Shown here: positions 18,957 to 28,611 of the stretch, piece after piece
Numbering within the stretch: the first letter of the stretch is position 1
Layout of the letters: every line of letters begins with the position of its first letter
Assembly: GCA_946414915.1 (NCBI GenBank)
Contig: CAMKQK010000003.1
Coordinates: forward strand, 1-48,188
Length of the DNA: 48,188 nucleotides
DNA from: an uncultured Bacillales bacterium
GTDB lineage: Bacteria; Bacillota_I; Bacilli_A; RFN20; CAG-826
Direction of reading: 5' to 3'
Made by a program: the position numbers and the translations under genes
The notes under the pieces: model-generated
What the model was told of the DNA's origin: nothing
Database searches by the model: none
Seen by the model: only the letters and a program-made list of their open reading frames with translations

Positions 18957-21170
18957 ATGGAAAATAACAAAGCGCCAATCAATGGTGGATACCCTCTACA
19001 TACCTTTCAAGAAGTCGAAGACATCTACATGGTTTATATCTCCTCCAAGGAAGATAGAGCAAGAATCGAAGATGCCTATCATTTCATTTTGGAAAAGCAT
19101 GAAGGACAAACCAGAAAAAGTGGTGAACCATATTATCATCACCTCATTGAAGTCGCTTATATCTTAGCCTCCTTACAGTGTGGTCCTAATACGATTATCG
19201 CTGGTCTTTTACATGACGTTGTCGAAGACACTGATACTTCCGTGGAAGATATTAAGAAGAGATGGGGCGAAGAAGTCAGCCGTATCGTTGACGCTTTAAC
19301 CAAGATTCAACGTTTAAAATTATCAAAGATTACTGCGGAAGAGTTTGAAGCGGAAGATCACCGCAAGATTTTCCTCGGCATGGCTAAAGATATCCGTGTC
19401 ATTTTAATTAAGCTCGCTGATAGATTACATAACCTTAGAACTTTAGGAGCGCTTTCTCGTGAAAGACAAATTGCTATTTGTAAGGAAACAATGGAAGTCT
19501 TCTCACCAATCGCTGAACGTTTAGGTTTAGATATCATCAAAAGCGAAATGGAAGACCTCTGCATTAAATACCTTGAACCAGAGAAATACGCGAATATTAA
19601 GAAACTCTTATCCAAAAAGACCGCACTTTTAGTGAAGTCTCTTGATGGTTTGAAAAAGAGAATCGCTGATGTCTTATTTGAAAAAAAGATTCCATTTGAA
19701 ATCTCCTCTCGTGTTAAATCTATTAATTCTATTTATAGAAAGATGTACATTAAAGGCCATCCATTTGAAGAAATCTATGATATTTTGGCCTTAAGAATTA
19801 TTACTGAAACTGAAATCCAATGTTATGAAATACTTGGTTTAATCCATCAGATGTATAAACCTGTTCCTGGTAGATTTAAAGATTACATCGCGATGCCTAA
19901 ACCAAATATGTATCAATCTTTGCATACCACAGTCGTCGGTGGTGATGGTAACTTCTATGAAGTCCAAATCAGAACTAAAGAAATGGACAACATCGCTGAA
20001 ACCGGCATCGCTGCGCACTGGGCGTATAAAGAAGGCGGCTATAACTCACAAGTCGAACAAAAAGAAATAGAGAATAAATTACACTGGTTTAGAGAATTCG
20101 TTTCCTTGTCCAGTGAATCCGAAAACGAAGGTGCATCCGAATACATGGATAACCTTAACCGTGATATCTTCGAATCTCACGTCTATGTCTTTACCCCTAA
20201 GGGTAAGGTTGTGGAACTTCCTAGTGAATCAACACCTGTTGACTTCGCTTATAGAGTGCACACAAAAGTGGGTGACCAATGCGTAGGCGCTCTCGTTAAC
20301 GGCGTGATGGTGCCACTTAATACCGTTCTTAAAACTGGTGACATGGTGGAAATCAAAACAAGTAGAACTTCCCCAGGTCCAAGTGAAGGTTGGTTAGACT
20401 TCGTGGCCTCATCTAACGCTAAATCGGCAATTAGAAAGTTTATCGCTAAGAAGAACGCCGAAATCATGCGTGAAGACCGCATTATTAAAGGTAAACAAAG
20501 CTGTATTGACGCTTTCCACGAACGTGGCATTGAAGAAGCAGAAATGGTGAAGATGCTTAACACTGATAAGGTGCTAAATGAGTATCGCGTTCCTGATCTT
20601 GATTCCTTGTATGTCGCTGTATTTGGTAGAAAACCAACGGCAAACGCTATCGTGGAATTCTTAAAGATTAAAAGACCAGTCAATCTTTCACTCAATCTCA
20701 CCAAGAGAAGAAATGCGAAGTATGATGGCTGTCCAGTATACTGCAAAGGCGCTGGTAAGATTGCTATCGCCTTAGCTAACTGCTGTACCCCAGTTCCAGG
20801 TGATGATATCGTCGGATATATTACTCGTGGTAAGGGTATTACAGTCCATAGAAGAAATTGTCCAAATGTCGTCAATGAAACCGAAAGACTTCTTGAAGTC
20901 TTCTGGAGAGACGATATTGAATTTGCCACTTATCCAGTCGATATTGTAATCGAAGCAAGTGATAGAAATAACTTGCTCATGGATGTGATGGCTGTTCTTT
21001 CTAACGCGAAGGTGGGTGTGAACAATTTACACGCTCGCAGTAATTCGCAAAACTTGTCCGCAACGATCAGTGCGACAATCTTAGTTTCTGACGCTAAACG
21101 CTTACATGATATCTTCATTCTTTTGAAAGGTATCACTGGTGTTTACCGCGTCGATCGAGTCATTCATTAA
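18957..21170 (+). CDS. relA: Bifunctional (p)ppGpp synthetase/hydrolase Rel
   Basis: 737 aa. HD hydrolase HDVVEDT, synthetase region YQSLHTTV, TGS and ACT-like C-terminal domains. Confidence 0.95.
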   Translation: MENNKAPINGGYPLHTFQEVEDIYMVYISSKEDRARIEDAYHFILEKHEGQTRKSGEPYYHHLIEVAYILASLQCGPNTIIAGLLHDVVEDTDTSVEDIKKRWGEEVSRIVDALTKIQRLKLSKITAEEFEAEDHRKIFLGMAKDIRVILIKLADRLHNLRTLGALSRERQIAICKETMEVFSPIAERLGLDIIKSEMEDLCIKYLEPEKYANIKKLLSKKTALLVKSLDGLKKRIADVLFEKKIPFEISSRVKSINSIYRKMYIKGHPFEEIYDILALRIITETEIQCYEILGLIHQMYKPVPGRFKDYIAMPKPNMYQSLHTTVVGGDGNFYEVQIRTKEMDNIAETGIAAHWAYKEGGYNSQVEQKEIENKLHWFREFVSLSSESENEGASEYMDNLNRDIFESHVYVFTPKGKVVELPSESTPVDFAYRVHTKVGDQCVGALVNGVMVPLNTVLKTGDMVEIKTSRTSPGPSEGWLDFVASSNAKSAIRKFIAKKNAEIMREDRIIKGKQSCIDAFHERGIEEAEMVKMLNTDKVLNEYRVPDLDSLYVAVFGRKPTANAIVEFLKIKRPVNLSLNLTKRRNAKYDGCPVYCKGAGKIAIALANCCTPVPGDDIVGYITRGKGITVHRRNCPNVVNETERLLEVFWRDDIEFATYPVDIVIEASDRNNLLMDVMAVLSNAKVGVNNLHARSNSQNLSATISATILVSDAKRLHDIFILLKGITGVYRVDRVIH

Positions 21171-21180
21171 AGGAGAAATT

Positions 21181-22464
21181 ATGTCAGTTATTAACGTTAA
21201 AGGCACACACGACATCATTGGTGAAGAAGCCAATGCATTTGCCTACATTGAAAATCTCTTAAAACAAATATGTGATTTATTTGCATATAACGAAGTTAGA
21301 CCTCCAGTCATCGAACATAGCGAGCTCTTTGTTCGTGGTGTGGGTGAAGGTAGTGATATCGTCCGTAAGGAAATGTACACATTCCTTGATAAAGGTGAAC
21401 GTTCCATCACATTACGTCCAGAATTCACCGCGGGCATTATGCGCTTAATCGTGCAAAACAAGTTGTTAGCCACTAACGAATTACCTTATAAGGTTTATTA
21501 CTGTGGTCCAGTCTTCCGTTACGAAAGACCACAACTTGGTAGATATCGTCAATTCAACCAATTCGGTGTGGAAGCCGTTGGTAACAACTCTCCAGAAATC
21601 GATGTTGAGACAATTACCTTAGCCTATACAATCTTAAGTTCTTTGAACTTAGAAGGCGTCACAATCAGCATTAACACCTTAGGTGATGATGAATCTAGAA
21701 ACGCTTATAAAGAAGCCTTAAAAGCTTACTTTGCTAAATACTTAGATAAGATGTGTCCAGACTGCCACAGCCGTTATGAACTTAATCCTTTAAGAATTCT
21801 CGACTGCAAAGTGCCTGAAGATCAAGAAATCGTTAAAGGCGCTCCTAAGATGAAGGACTATTTATCCGCTGCGGCGAAAGAAAGATTCAACCGCGTCTTA
21901 GCCTTACTTGATGAGTTAGAAATTCCTTATCAAGTCGATGATACTCTAGTGAGAGGCTTAGATTACTATTCAGAAACCGTCTTTGAATTCCATTATGTTT
22001 CTAAGACTGGTAATGATTATGGCGCGATCGGTGCGGGTGGTCACTATGATAAACTCGTCAAAGAACTCGGTGGTCCAGATGCCGCTGGTGTCGGTTTCTC
22101 CTTCGGTGTGGAAAGATTATATAGCGTCCTTAAGGACGATAACCTTTTACCAGAAGATGTCGTTAACCCAGTGGAAATCTATATTATGCCTTTAGGCATG
22201 AACGCTAAAGCGATGGCCCTCAGTGTGGCTAGCGAATTACGCTTAAATGCTTATAGAACTGATATCTGTTATGAAGATGTCAAACTCGGCAATATGTTCA
22301 AGCGTGCAGAAAGAAAAGGCGCTAAATTTGCCGTGATTATCGGTGATGACGAAGTCAACAAACAAGAAGTCATCATTAAAAACTTAACTTCTACGGAACA
22401 AAAGAGTTGTCCGTTAGATAAATTAGTCGAAACTATTTCTAACGAAATGGGCGAAGACAAATAA
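21181..22464 (+). CDS. hisS: Histidyl-tRNA synthetase
   Basis: Start moved to the ATG at 21181 (MSVINVKGTHD; AAAGGAG SD). Class II motifs (RPEFTAGIMR, YRQFNQFGVE). Confidence 0.95.
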   Translation: MSVINVKGTHDIIGEEANAFAYIENLLKQICDLFAYNEVRPPVIEHSELFVRGVGEGSDIVRKEMYTFLDKGERSITLRPEFTAGIMRLIVQNKLLATNELPYKVYYCGPVFRYERPQLGRYRQFNQFGVEAVGNNSPEIDVETITLAYTILSSLNLEGVTISINTLGDDESRNAYKEALKAYFAKYLDKMCPDCHSRYELNPLRILDCKVPEDQEIVKGAPKMKDYLSAAAKERFNRVLALLDELEIPYQVDDTLVRGLDYYSETVFEFHYVSKTGNDYGAIGAGGHYDKLVKELGGPDAAGVGFSFGVERLYSVLKDDNLLPEDVVNPVEIYIMPLGMNAKAMALSVASELRLNAYRTDICYEDVKLGNMFKRAERKGAKFAVIIGDDEVNKQEVIIKNLTSTEQKSCPLDKLVETISNEMGEDK

Positions 22465-22487
22465 TTATTAAGATAGGAAAAAGCTTT

Positions 22488-24212
22488 ATGGAAAGAAGTC
22501 ATTACAGCAACGAATTAGGACTCAATAACGTTGGTGAGAAAGTCACTTTACTCGGTTGGGTCAGTAAAAGAAGAAATCTCGGCTCTTTGTTATTCATTGA
22601 CTTAAGAGACCGCTTTGGCATCGTCCAAATCGTCGTTAACGACGGCTTAGAAATTCCTGATGTCAGAAATGAATACGTCATTCAAGTGAAAGGTGAAGTC
22701 GCGAAAAGAGCAACACCAAATCCAAAGCTCAAAAGTGGTGAAATTGAAGTCATCGCTAGCGAGATCGTTCTCTTAAACACAGCGAAAACCACACCTTTAA
22801 TCATCGCTGATGAAACAGACGCTTTAGAAGATACAAGATTAAAATATCGTTATCTCGACTTACGTCGTCCTTGCATGCAACATTATTTTGATGTGCGCGA
22901 CACCATTAAAATGACCACACACAGTTTCATGCATAGACATCACTTCATCGAAGTTGAAACCCCAATGCTTTGTGCATCCTCACCTGAAGGTGCTAAAGAG
23001 TATTTAGTGCCATCACGTGTGCATAAAGGCCAATTCTATGCCTTACCACAAAGCCCACAAATGTTTAAGCAATTACTCATGGTCGCGGGTTTTGAAAGAT
23101 ATTATCAAATCGCCAGATGCTTTAGAGATGAAGACTTAAGAGCGGACCGTCAACCAGATTTCACCCAAATCGATATTGAAACAAGCTTCTTAGATCAACA
23201 ACAGTTCTTAACCTTGATGGAAGAATTAATTAAAGATATCTTTAAAGCCACAATTAACTATGACGTCAAACTTCCATTAAGACAAATGACTTATAAAGAA
23301 GCCATGGACCGTTTCGGTAGTGATAAACCAGATACAAGATTCGGTATTGAGCTCAATAATATCAAAGATATTTTTGCCAATACTACATTTGCTGGTTATC
23401 AAACCGCTGAAGCCATTAAGGCTATCGTTGTTAACGGTGTGGCGGATCAAACTTCCCGTAAAGTTATCGATAACTTAACTCTTGAAGCGAAGAAATTCGG
23501 TTTAGGCGGTTTAACAGTCCTTAAAAAGGAAAACGATGAATTAACCGGTTCATTCGTGAAATTCCTTCTAGAAGACGAAATCAAGGCTTTAAACGAAAGA
23601 TTAGCTTTAGCCAATAATGACATAGTAATCATCGCTGCAGGCAATGATAATCGTGTTACGCCATTATTAGGTGCGCTACGCTTAAAGTACGGACGTGAAC
23701 TTGGTCTTATCAAAGCAGGAACCTATGATTTATTATGGGTCATTGACTTCCCAATGTTTGAAAGAGACGTGGAAAGTGGGGCAATCGTCGCTACTCACCA
23801 TCCTTTCACCCGTCCAAGAGACGAAGATGTCAAATACTTAGACACTGATCCAACAAAGGTCTTAAGCTATGCTTACGATATCGTCATTAACGGTTATGAA
23901 GCTGGTGGTGGTACTCTTCGTATTTACGACCAAGATATGCAAAGAAAGATCTTTGAGGTCTTAGGTCTCAGTGATGAAGAAATCAAGGAAAGATTTGGTT
24001 ACTTCGTTGATGCCTTACAATACGGTACACCTCCACACGCAGGTATGGCCTTTGGCTTAGACCGTTTGGCGATGATTTTAGGCGGCACAGACAACATTCG
24101 TGACGTCATTGCCTTCCCTAAGAACTTAGCGGCAGTCGACCCAATGACGAATGCGCCTACAACTGTTACACAAGCGCAACTTGATGAATTAGGCATCAAA
24201 TTCGACAAATAG
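22488..24212 (+). CDS. aspS: Aspartyl-tRNA synthetase
   Basis: 574 aa. OB-fold N-terminus, motif 2 FRDEDLRADRQPDFTQID, motif 3 GLDRL. Confidence 0.96.
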   Translation: MERSHYSNELGLNNVGEKVTLLGWVSKRRNLGSLLFIDLRDRFGIVQIVVNDGLEIPDVRNEYVIQVKGEVAKRATPNPKLKSGEIEVIASEIVLLNTAKTTPLIIADETDALEDTRLKYRYLDLRRPCMQHYFDVRDTIKMTTHSFMHRHHFIEVETPMLCASSPEGAKEYLVPSRVHKGQFYALPQSPQMFKQLLMVAGFERYYQIARCFRDEDLRADRQPDFTQIDIETSFLDQQQFLTLMEELIKDIFKATINYDVKLPLRQMTYKEAMDRFGSDKPDTRFGIELNNIKDIFANTTFAGYQTAEAIKAIVVNGVADQTSRKVIDNLTLEAKKFGLGGLTVLKKENDELTGSFVKFLLEDEIKALNERLALANNDIVIIAAGNDNRVTPLLGALRLKYGRELGLIKAGTYDLLWVIDFPMFERDVESGAIVATHHPFTRPRDEDVKYLDTDPTKVLSYAYDIVINGYEAGGGTLRIYDQDMQRKIFEVLGLSDEEIKERFGYFVDALQYGTPPHAGMAFGLDRLAMILGGTDNIRDVIAFPKNLAAVDPMTNAPTTVTQAQLDELGIKFDK

Positions 24213-24281
24213 GTTATAACACAGTTATACAAAAACTATTTAATTACTAGATAATTACTAATGCAGAAAGGTTTAAACAAC

Positions 24282-26252
24282 ATGAACAAAAATGATCAAT
24301 TAGCGATTGCGACAATCAGATCACTCTGTATCGACACCATTAACAAAGCCAACTCTGGTCACCCTGGTATGGCGTTAGGTAGCGCTCCTGCTCTCTACAC
24401 CTTATTTACCAAACATTTAGTGGCGACACCAAAGGACAGCAAATGGTTCAATAGAGATAGATTCGTCCTCTCCAGCGGACACGCTTCCGCTTTACTTTAT
24501 TCCATGCTCCACTTAAGTGGTTACAAAATTAGCATGGACGACATGAAACAATTCCGTCAAATCGACTCCTTAACACCAGGTCACCCAGAATATGGTTGGA
24601 CTGATGGTGTGGATGCCACATCTGGTCCTTTAGGACAAGGTATCTCTCAAGCTGTTGGCATGGCGATGGCCGAACAAATGGTCAATAAGCTTTATAGCTT
24701 TGGCGATGATGTGTGCAATCACTACACATATGCTTTATGCGGTGATGGCTGCTTACAAGAAGGCATTTCTCAAGAAGCTATTTCCTTAGCCGGTCACTTA
24801 AAACTCAATAAATTCATCCTTTTATACGATGCTAACCAAGTCACACTCGATGGTGCTTTAGACTTATCTTTCTCCGAACAAGTCAAAGCCAGATTCTTAG
24901 CCAGCGAATGGGATGTCATCGAAGTCGAAGACGGTAATGATGTCGACGCGATTGACGCCGCAATTAGCAAAGCTAAAAAGAGCAAAGAAAAACCAACCAT
25001 GATTATGATTCATACTGTCATCGGTTATGGTTCCGCTAAACAAGGTACAAACAAAGTCCACGGTAACCCATTAGGTGCTGAAGATGGTAAGAATGCCAAA
25101 TTATCCTATGGATTTGACCATGAAGACTTCTATGTCCCACAAGAAGTTTATGATTTATTCAAAAACACCTTTGGTGCTCGTGGTGAAAAAGCCTATAACG
25201 AATATAACGCTAAGTTAGCCGCTTTAGCCGCTGATAAGAAGACCAAAGATGAATACGATCGCTTCATCTCCTTAAACGGTGTTGATGTTGATAAATATTT
25301 ACCAGGTGTTTACCCAGACTTCGTCGAAGGTTCTGCAACTTCCACACGTGTCGCTTCTGGTAAAGCCCTTAACTACTTAATGCTCAGCATGCCAAATCTA
25401 TTTGGTGGTTCCGCTGACGTTGCTGGTTCTGTCATGACAAAGCTTGATAATGGTGCAAACTTTGATGCCAATAATAGAGCTGGTCATAACATCAACTGGG
25501 GTATTCGTGAATTCGCAATGGCGAGTGCACAAAATGGTATGCTCTTACACGGTGGTGTTCGTAGCTACGTCGGTGCATTCTTCGTCTTCTCCGATTACAT
25601 GAAACCAGCCATTCGTATGGCCGCATTAAGCCATGTTCCAGCCATCTACTTATTATCTCACGATAGTATCGCCGTAGGCGAAGATGGTCCAACACACCAA
25701 CCAATTGAACAATTAGCCATGTTACGTAGCATCCCACATATGGATGTGATTAGACCAGCTGATGAAAGAGAAACTTATGGTGCTTGGTTCGCTGCTTTAC
25801 AAAGTAAGAATCATCCAACCGCCATTATCCTTTCCCGTCAAAACCTTCCTTTATTAAAGGATAGTGACGGCGAAGCCTTAAAGCGTGGTGCCTATGTTGT
25901 TAGTAAAGAACAAAAGAAAGCTGACTTCGTTTTAATCGCTACCGGTAGTGAAGTTTCCTTAGCAGTTGCCGCTCAAGCATTATTACTTGAAAAAGGCATC
26001 GATGTTCGTGTTGTCTCTATGCCATGCTGGAGCTACTTCGAAAAGCAAGACGAAGCCTACAAGAAAGAAGTTATCAATCTTCCAAAGGCCAAATGTGTCT
26101 CTATCGAAATGCTTTCAACCTTTGGTTGGGCTAAATACGCCGACACAAATATCGGCTTAGATGAGTTCGGTGCTAGTGCTCCTGCTAAAGACGTCTTCAA
26201 GAAATTCAATTTCACTCCAGAATACGTCGCAAGCGTCGTGGAAAAGCTCTAA
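24282..26252 (+). CDS. tkt: Transketolase
   Basis: GHPGMALGSAP, TPP motif GDGCLQEG. Start at 24282 (MNKNDQ; GAAAGG 8 nt upstream). The ATG at 24261 is the alternative. Confidence 0.94.
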   Translation: MNKNDQLAIATIRSLCIDTINKANSGHPGMALGSAPALYTLFTKHLVATPKDSKWFNRDRFVLSSGHASALLYSMLHLSGYKISMDDMKQFRQIDSLTPGHPEYGWTDGVDATSGPLGQGISQAVGMAMAEQMVNKLYSFGDDVCNHYTYALCGDGCLQEGISQEAISLAGHLKLNKFILLYDANQVTLDGALDLSFSEQVKARFLASEWDVIEVEDGNDVDAIDAAISKAKKSKEKPTMIMIHTVIGYGSAKQGTNKVHGNPLGAEDGKNAKLSYGFDHEDFYVPQEVYDLFKNTFGARGEKAYNEYNAKLAALAADKKTKDEYDRFISLNGVDVDKYLPGVYPDFVEGSATSTRVASGKALNYLMLSMPNLFGGSADVAGSVMTKLDNGANFDANNRAGHNINWGIREFAMASAQNGMLLHGGVRSYVGAFFVFSDYMKPAIRMAALSHVPAIYLLSHDSIAVGEDGPTHQPIEQLAMLRSIPHMDVIRPADERETYGAWFAALQSKNHPTAIILSRQNLPLLKDSDGEALKRGAYVVSKEQKKADFVLIATGSEVSLAVAAQALLLEKGIDVRVVSMPCWSYFEKQDEAYKKEVINLPKAKCVSIEMLSTFGWAKYADTNIGLDEFGASAPAKDVFKKFNFTPEYVASVVEKL

Positions 26253-26281
26253 TCCATCGATACAAAACACAAATTATAGAG

Positions 26282-26309
26282 AAGTGGAGAAATCCACTTT
26301 TCTTTTTTT
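26282..26309 (+). terminator. Rho-independent terminator after tkt
   Basis: Stem AAGTGGA/TCCACTT, GAAA loop, then TTTCTTTTTTT. Confidence 0.85.
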
Positions 26310-26359
26310 ACCTTTGCTAAACGAATATATTTACTATATATTATAAGTAGGTAAGGTTT

Positions 26360-26701
26360 ATGGCAGACTACGTCTATATTGAAAACTACGCAAACAAAGG
26401 AAAAATTGGTATCTCCATCAATGTCTTTGACAACTTGGTGACCAATGCTTTAAGTAATGTTTCCGGTATCTCTATGAGCAGCGCTCATATGAAGCGTAAT
26501 CAAAAGATTCGTTTAAATAGACCAGTCCAAACAACTATTAGACACGGTATCGTGCACGTTTGGGTCGCTGTGGATGTCACTAAAGGCACCAATTTACAAG
26601 ATGTCACTCGTAATATCCAAGAAGAAATCACTAATGCTTTCTTAATGACCACTGAACAAGTGCCATTTGATGTCGCGGTCAATGTTATATCAATTATCTA
26701 A
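26360..26701 (+). CDS. Asp23/Gls24-family (alkaline shock) protein, YqhY-like
   Basis: 113 aa. Position immediately upstream of nusB as for B. subtilis yqhY. Family assigned from sequence recollection, not a search. Confidence 0.7.
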   Translation: MADYVYIENYANKGKIGISINVFDNLVTNALSNVSGISMSSAHMKRNQKIRLNRPVQTTIRHGIVHVWVAVDVTKGTNLQDVTRNIQEEITNAFLMTTEQVPFDVAVNVISII

Positions 26702-26721
26702 TCAATCAAAACGCTTTTTTT

Positions 26722-27144
26722 ATGGAAAAAATATCTCGTAATCAAGAAAACTTTATAATCATGACTGTCATTTATGACGAAATTGCTGACCAAGTGGCTA
26801 GCAGGGAACATAACTTCCGTGATGTCGATGAAATCATTACAGAAATGACTGAGGATCCTCGTCCATTCAAGGAACACAGTGCTTATGTGCAAAACATGAT
26901 TTCTAGTGTCTTAAATAACTATGGTTCAATCATCTCCGCTTTCCAACCACATTTAAGAAACTGGAAGTGGGAAAGATTACCATTGTTAACCCAATCCGTA
27001 TTATTGATGAGTTATGCGCATTTCTACTATGTAGAAAAGATTGATAAGCGCATCGTCATTAATACCGCTGTGGAACTCGCTAAAAAGTACATTGAAGAGA
27101 AACAAGCTAAATTCATTAACGCGATATTAGACGAGGTGCTCTGA
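26722..27144 (+). CDS. nusB: Transcription antitermination factor NusB
   Basis: 140 aa. C-terminal NTAVELAKKY...KFINAILD typical of NusB. yqhY-nusB-xseA-xseB synteny. No SD. Confidence 0.88.
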   Translation: MEKISRNQENFIIMTVIYDEIADQVASREHNFRDVDEIITEMTEDPRPFKEHSAYVQNMISSVLNNYGSIISAFQPHLRNWKWERLPLLTQSVLLMSYAHFYYVEKIDKRIVINTAVELAKKYIEEKQAKFINAILDEVL

Positions 27145-28283
27145 TGAATAATGATCGCCCAGTCTTCACCGTCAGCGATATTAACCAATACATCAAAGCC
27201 GTCCTCAGTAATGATGAGAACTTAAAGCTCATCTATGTGAAAGGCGAAATCTCTAATTTTAAAATGGCAAGTAACGGTCATTTTTATTTTTCCCTAAAGG
27301 ACGATAAGTCATTAATCGGAGCGATGATGTTTTCTAATTACGCTTCAAAATGTAGTTTTAAGCCAGAAAACGGACAAGAAGTCGTGGTCTTTGGTTCCAT
27401 TGATGCTTATCCAGGTAGAGGCACTTACCAAATTATCGTCTATCAAATGGAAGAAGTGGGAGCAGGCGCTCAGCTTCTAGAATTAGAAAAGCTTAAAAAG
27501 AAACTCCTAGAAGAAGGCTTATTTGATGAATCTAGGAAAAGAAAGATAAATCTTTATCCAACCGCTATTGGCGTCATTACTGCGCCTAATAGTGCGGCAA
27601 TTAAGGACATTTTGTTTAATCTTAAGCGTAGATATCCAATCGCAGATATTTACGTCTTCTATAGCGCTGTTCAAGGGGAAAATGCCCCTAAAGAATTACT
27701 CAAAGCCTTTGAATTAAGCCAAACTTATCCTTTGGATACCTTACTCATTGGCCGTGGTGGTGGCGCTAGTGAGGATTTAAGCGCTTTTAACGATGAGAAA
27801 CTCGTGAGGGCGATTGCTAATAGTAAGATGCCTGTTATCGCCTGTGTAGGCCACGAAATCGATTCCACACTGGTGGACTTTGTCGCCGACAAAAGAGCGA
27901 GTACCCCAACAGGGGCTGCAGAATTAGCGACTATCGACCGTCGTGAGATCGAAGAAAAGCTTTCATTTGCCTTGCAAGATATGGAAGAGAGCTTGAAGCA
28001 AAGAATCCAAGGGATGAAAGATGACTTATCTTCTTACAAAGAAGATTTAGATTTAGAAATCCGTCAATTAGTGGCCCATTATTCACAGTTATTAAGTCAA
28101 AAGAAAGCCACATTAGAGGCTCTTAATCCAAATAACGTTATCAAGCGTGGTTTCTCCTTAACAGTGGATGAACAAGGGAAGCCAGTTAGTGATATCAAAG
28201 CCGTCAAAAAAGGTCAAAAAATTAAGACTATCCTAAAGGATGGCGTCATCAATAGTGAAGTTATAGACACGGAGGAAAAATAA
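27144..28283 (+). CDS. xseA: Exodeoxyribonuclease VII large subunit
   Basis: OB-fold N-terminus, GRGGGASEDL motif. ATGA-type overlap with nusB. Confidence 0.94.
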   Translation: MNNDRPVFTVSDINQYIKAVLSNDENLKLIYVKGEISNFKMASNGHFYFSLKDDKSLIGAMMFSNYASKCSFKPENGQEVVVFGSIDAYPGRGTYQIIVYQMEEVGAGAQLLELEKLKKKLLEEGLFDESRKRKINLYPTAIGVITAPNSAAIKDILFNLKRRYPIADIYVFYSAVQGENAPKELLKAFELSQTYPLDTLLIGRGGGASEDLSAFNDEKLVRAIANSKMPVIACVGHEIDSTLVDFVADKRASTPTGAAELATIDRREIEEKLSFALQDMEESLKQRIQGMKDDLSSYKEDLDLEIRQLVAHYSQLLSQKKATLEALNPNNVIKRGFSLTVDEQGKPVSDIKAVKKGQKIKTILKDGVINSEVIDTEEK

Positions 28284-28284
28284 C

Positions 28285-28476
28285 ATGGAAGAGAAATTTG
28301 ATTTTGAAAAAGAGATGAAAAGACTTGATGAAATCGTCACGAATATCTCCTCAGAAAAACTCCCATTAGATGAATGCTTAACCCTCTATAAAGAAGGTCA
28401 AGAGATCGTCAAAAAATTGGAAAAAGCCCTCAAAGAAGCCGAAGAAAAGGTCGAAAAAGTCATTGAAAACAAATAA
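28285..28476 (+). CDS. xseB: Exodeoxyribonuclease VII small subunit
   Basis: 63-aa helical protein (FEKEMKRLDEIV...LPLDE) directly after xseA. GGAGG SD. Confidence 0.92.
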   Translation: MEEKFDFEKEMKRLDEIVTNISSEKLPLDECLTLYKEGQEIVKKLEKALKEAEEKVEKVIENK

Positions 28477-28536
28477 TTCGATAAGTGGTTTGTTAGTTTT
28501 TAATTAGTAGATATAATGCTTTGCATTAGAAATATT

Positions 28537-28564
28537 ATCCTGTGAAAGCAGGGTTTTATTTTAT
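28537..28564 (+). terminator. Rho-independent terminator after xseB
   Basis: Stem ATCCTG/CAGGGT (one G-U pair), loop TGAAAG, then TTTTATTTT. Confidence 0.6.
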
Positions 28565-28574
28565 TCATAATTTT

Positions 28575-28601
28575 AGTTAACATAATCTTCATATGCGCAT
28601 A
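28575..28601 (-). other. dif-like XerD/XerC-type site with 5-nt (not 6-nt) central region, overlapping the dinB promoter
   Basis: + strand AGTTAACATAA-TCTTC-ATATGCGCATA. The XerD-type arm is identical to that of the 32.8-kb dif. The other arm matches GGTGCGCATAA (E. coli XerC arm) at 8/11. Confidence 0.45.
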
Positions 28602-28605
28602 TAAT
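28577..28605 (+). promoter_or_regulatory. Promoter of dinB-xerD-deoB, apparently giving a leaderless mRNA
   Basis: TTAACA (28577-28582), 17-nt spacer, TATAAT (28600-28605). The ATG at 28612 is 6 nt after the -10, and no SD is possible. Confidence 0.6.
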
Positions 28606-28611
28606 GTAGGT

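Noticed and set aside
20249-20929. 226-aa ORF antisense to rel, and similar antisense ORFs (519-851, 30052-30384, 36205-36522, 36731-37051, 25492-25737)
   Set aside because: All lie wholly inside strongly supported genes on the opposite strand. They have Ser/Leu-rich antisense-type composition and no SD or promoter.
21171-22487. T-box leaders upstream of hisS or aspS, as in Bacillus
   Set aside because: The intergenic spacers are only 10 and 23 nt, so no leader can fit. Both genes appear co-transcribed with rel.
28560-28611. LexA (Cheo) box upstream of dinB
   Set aside because: No CGAAC-N4-GTTCG-like sequence is present. The only palindrome is ATATGCGCATAT, which fits the dif-like interpretation better.
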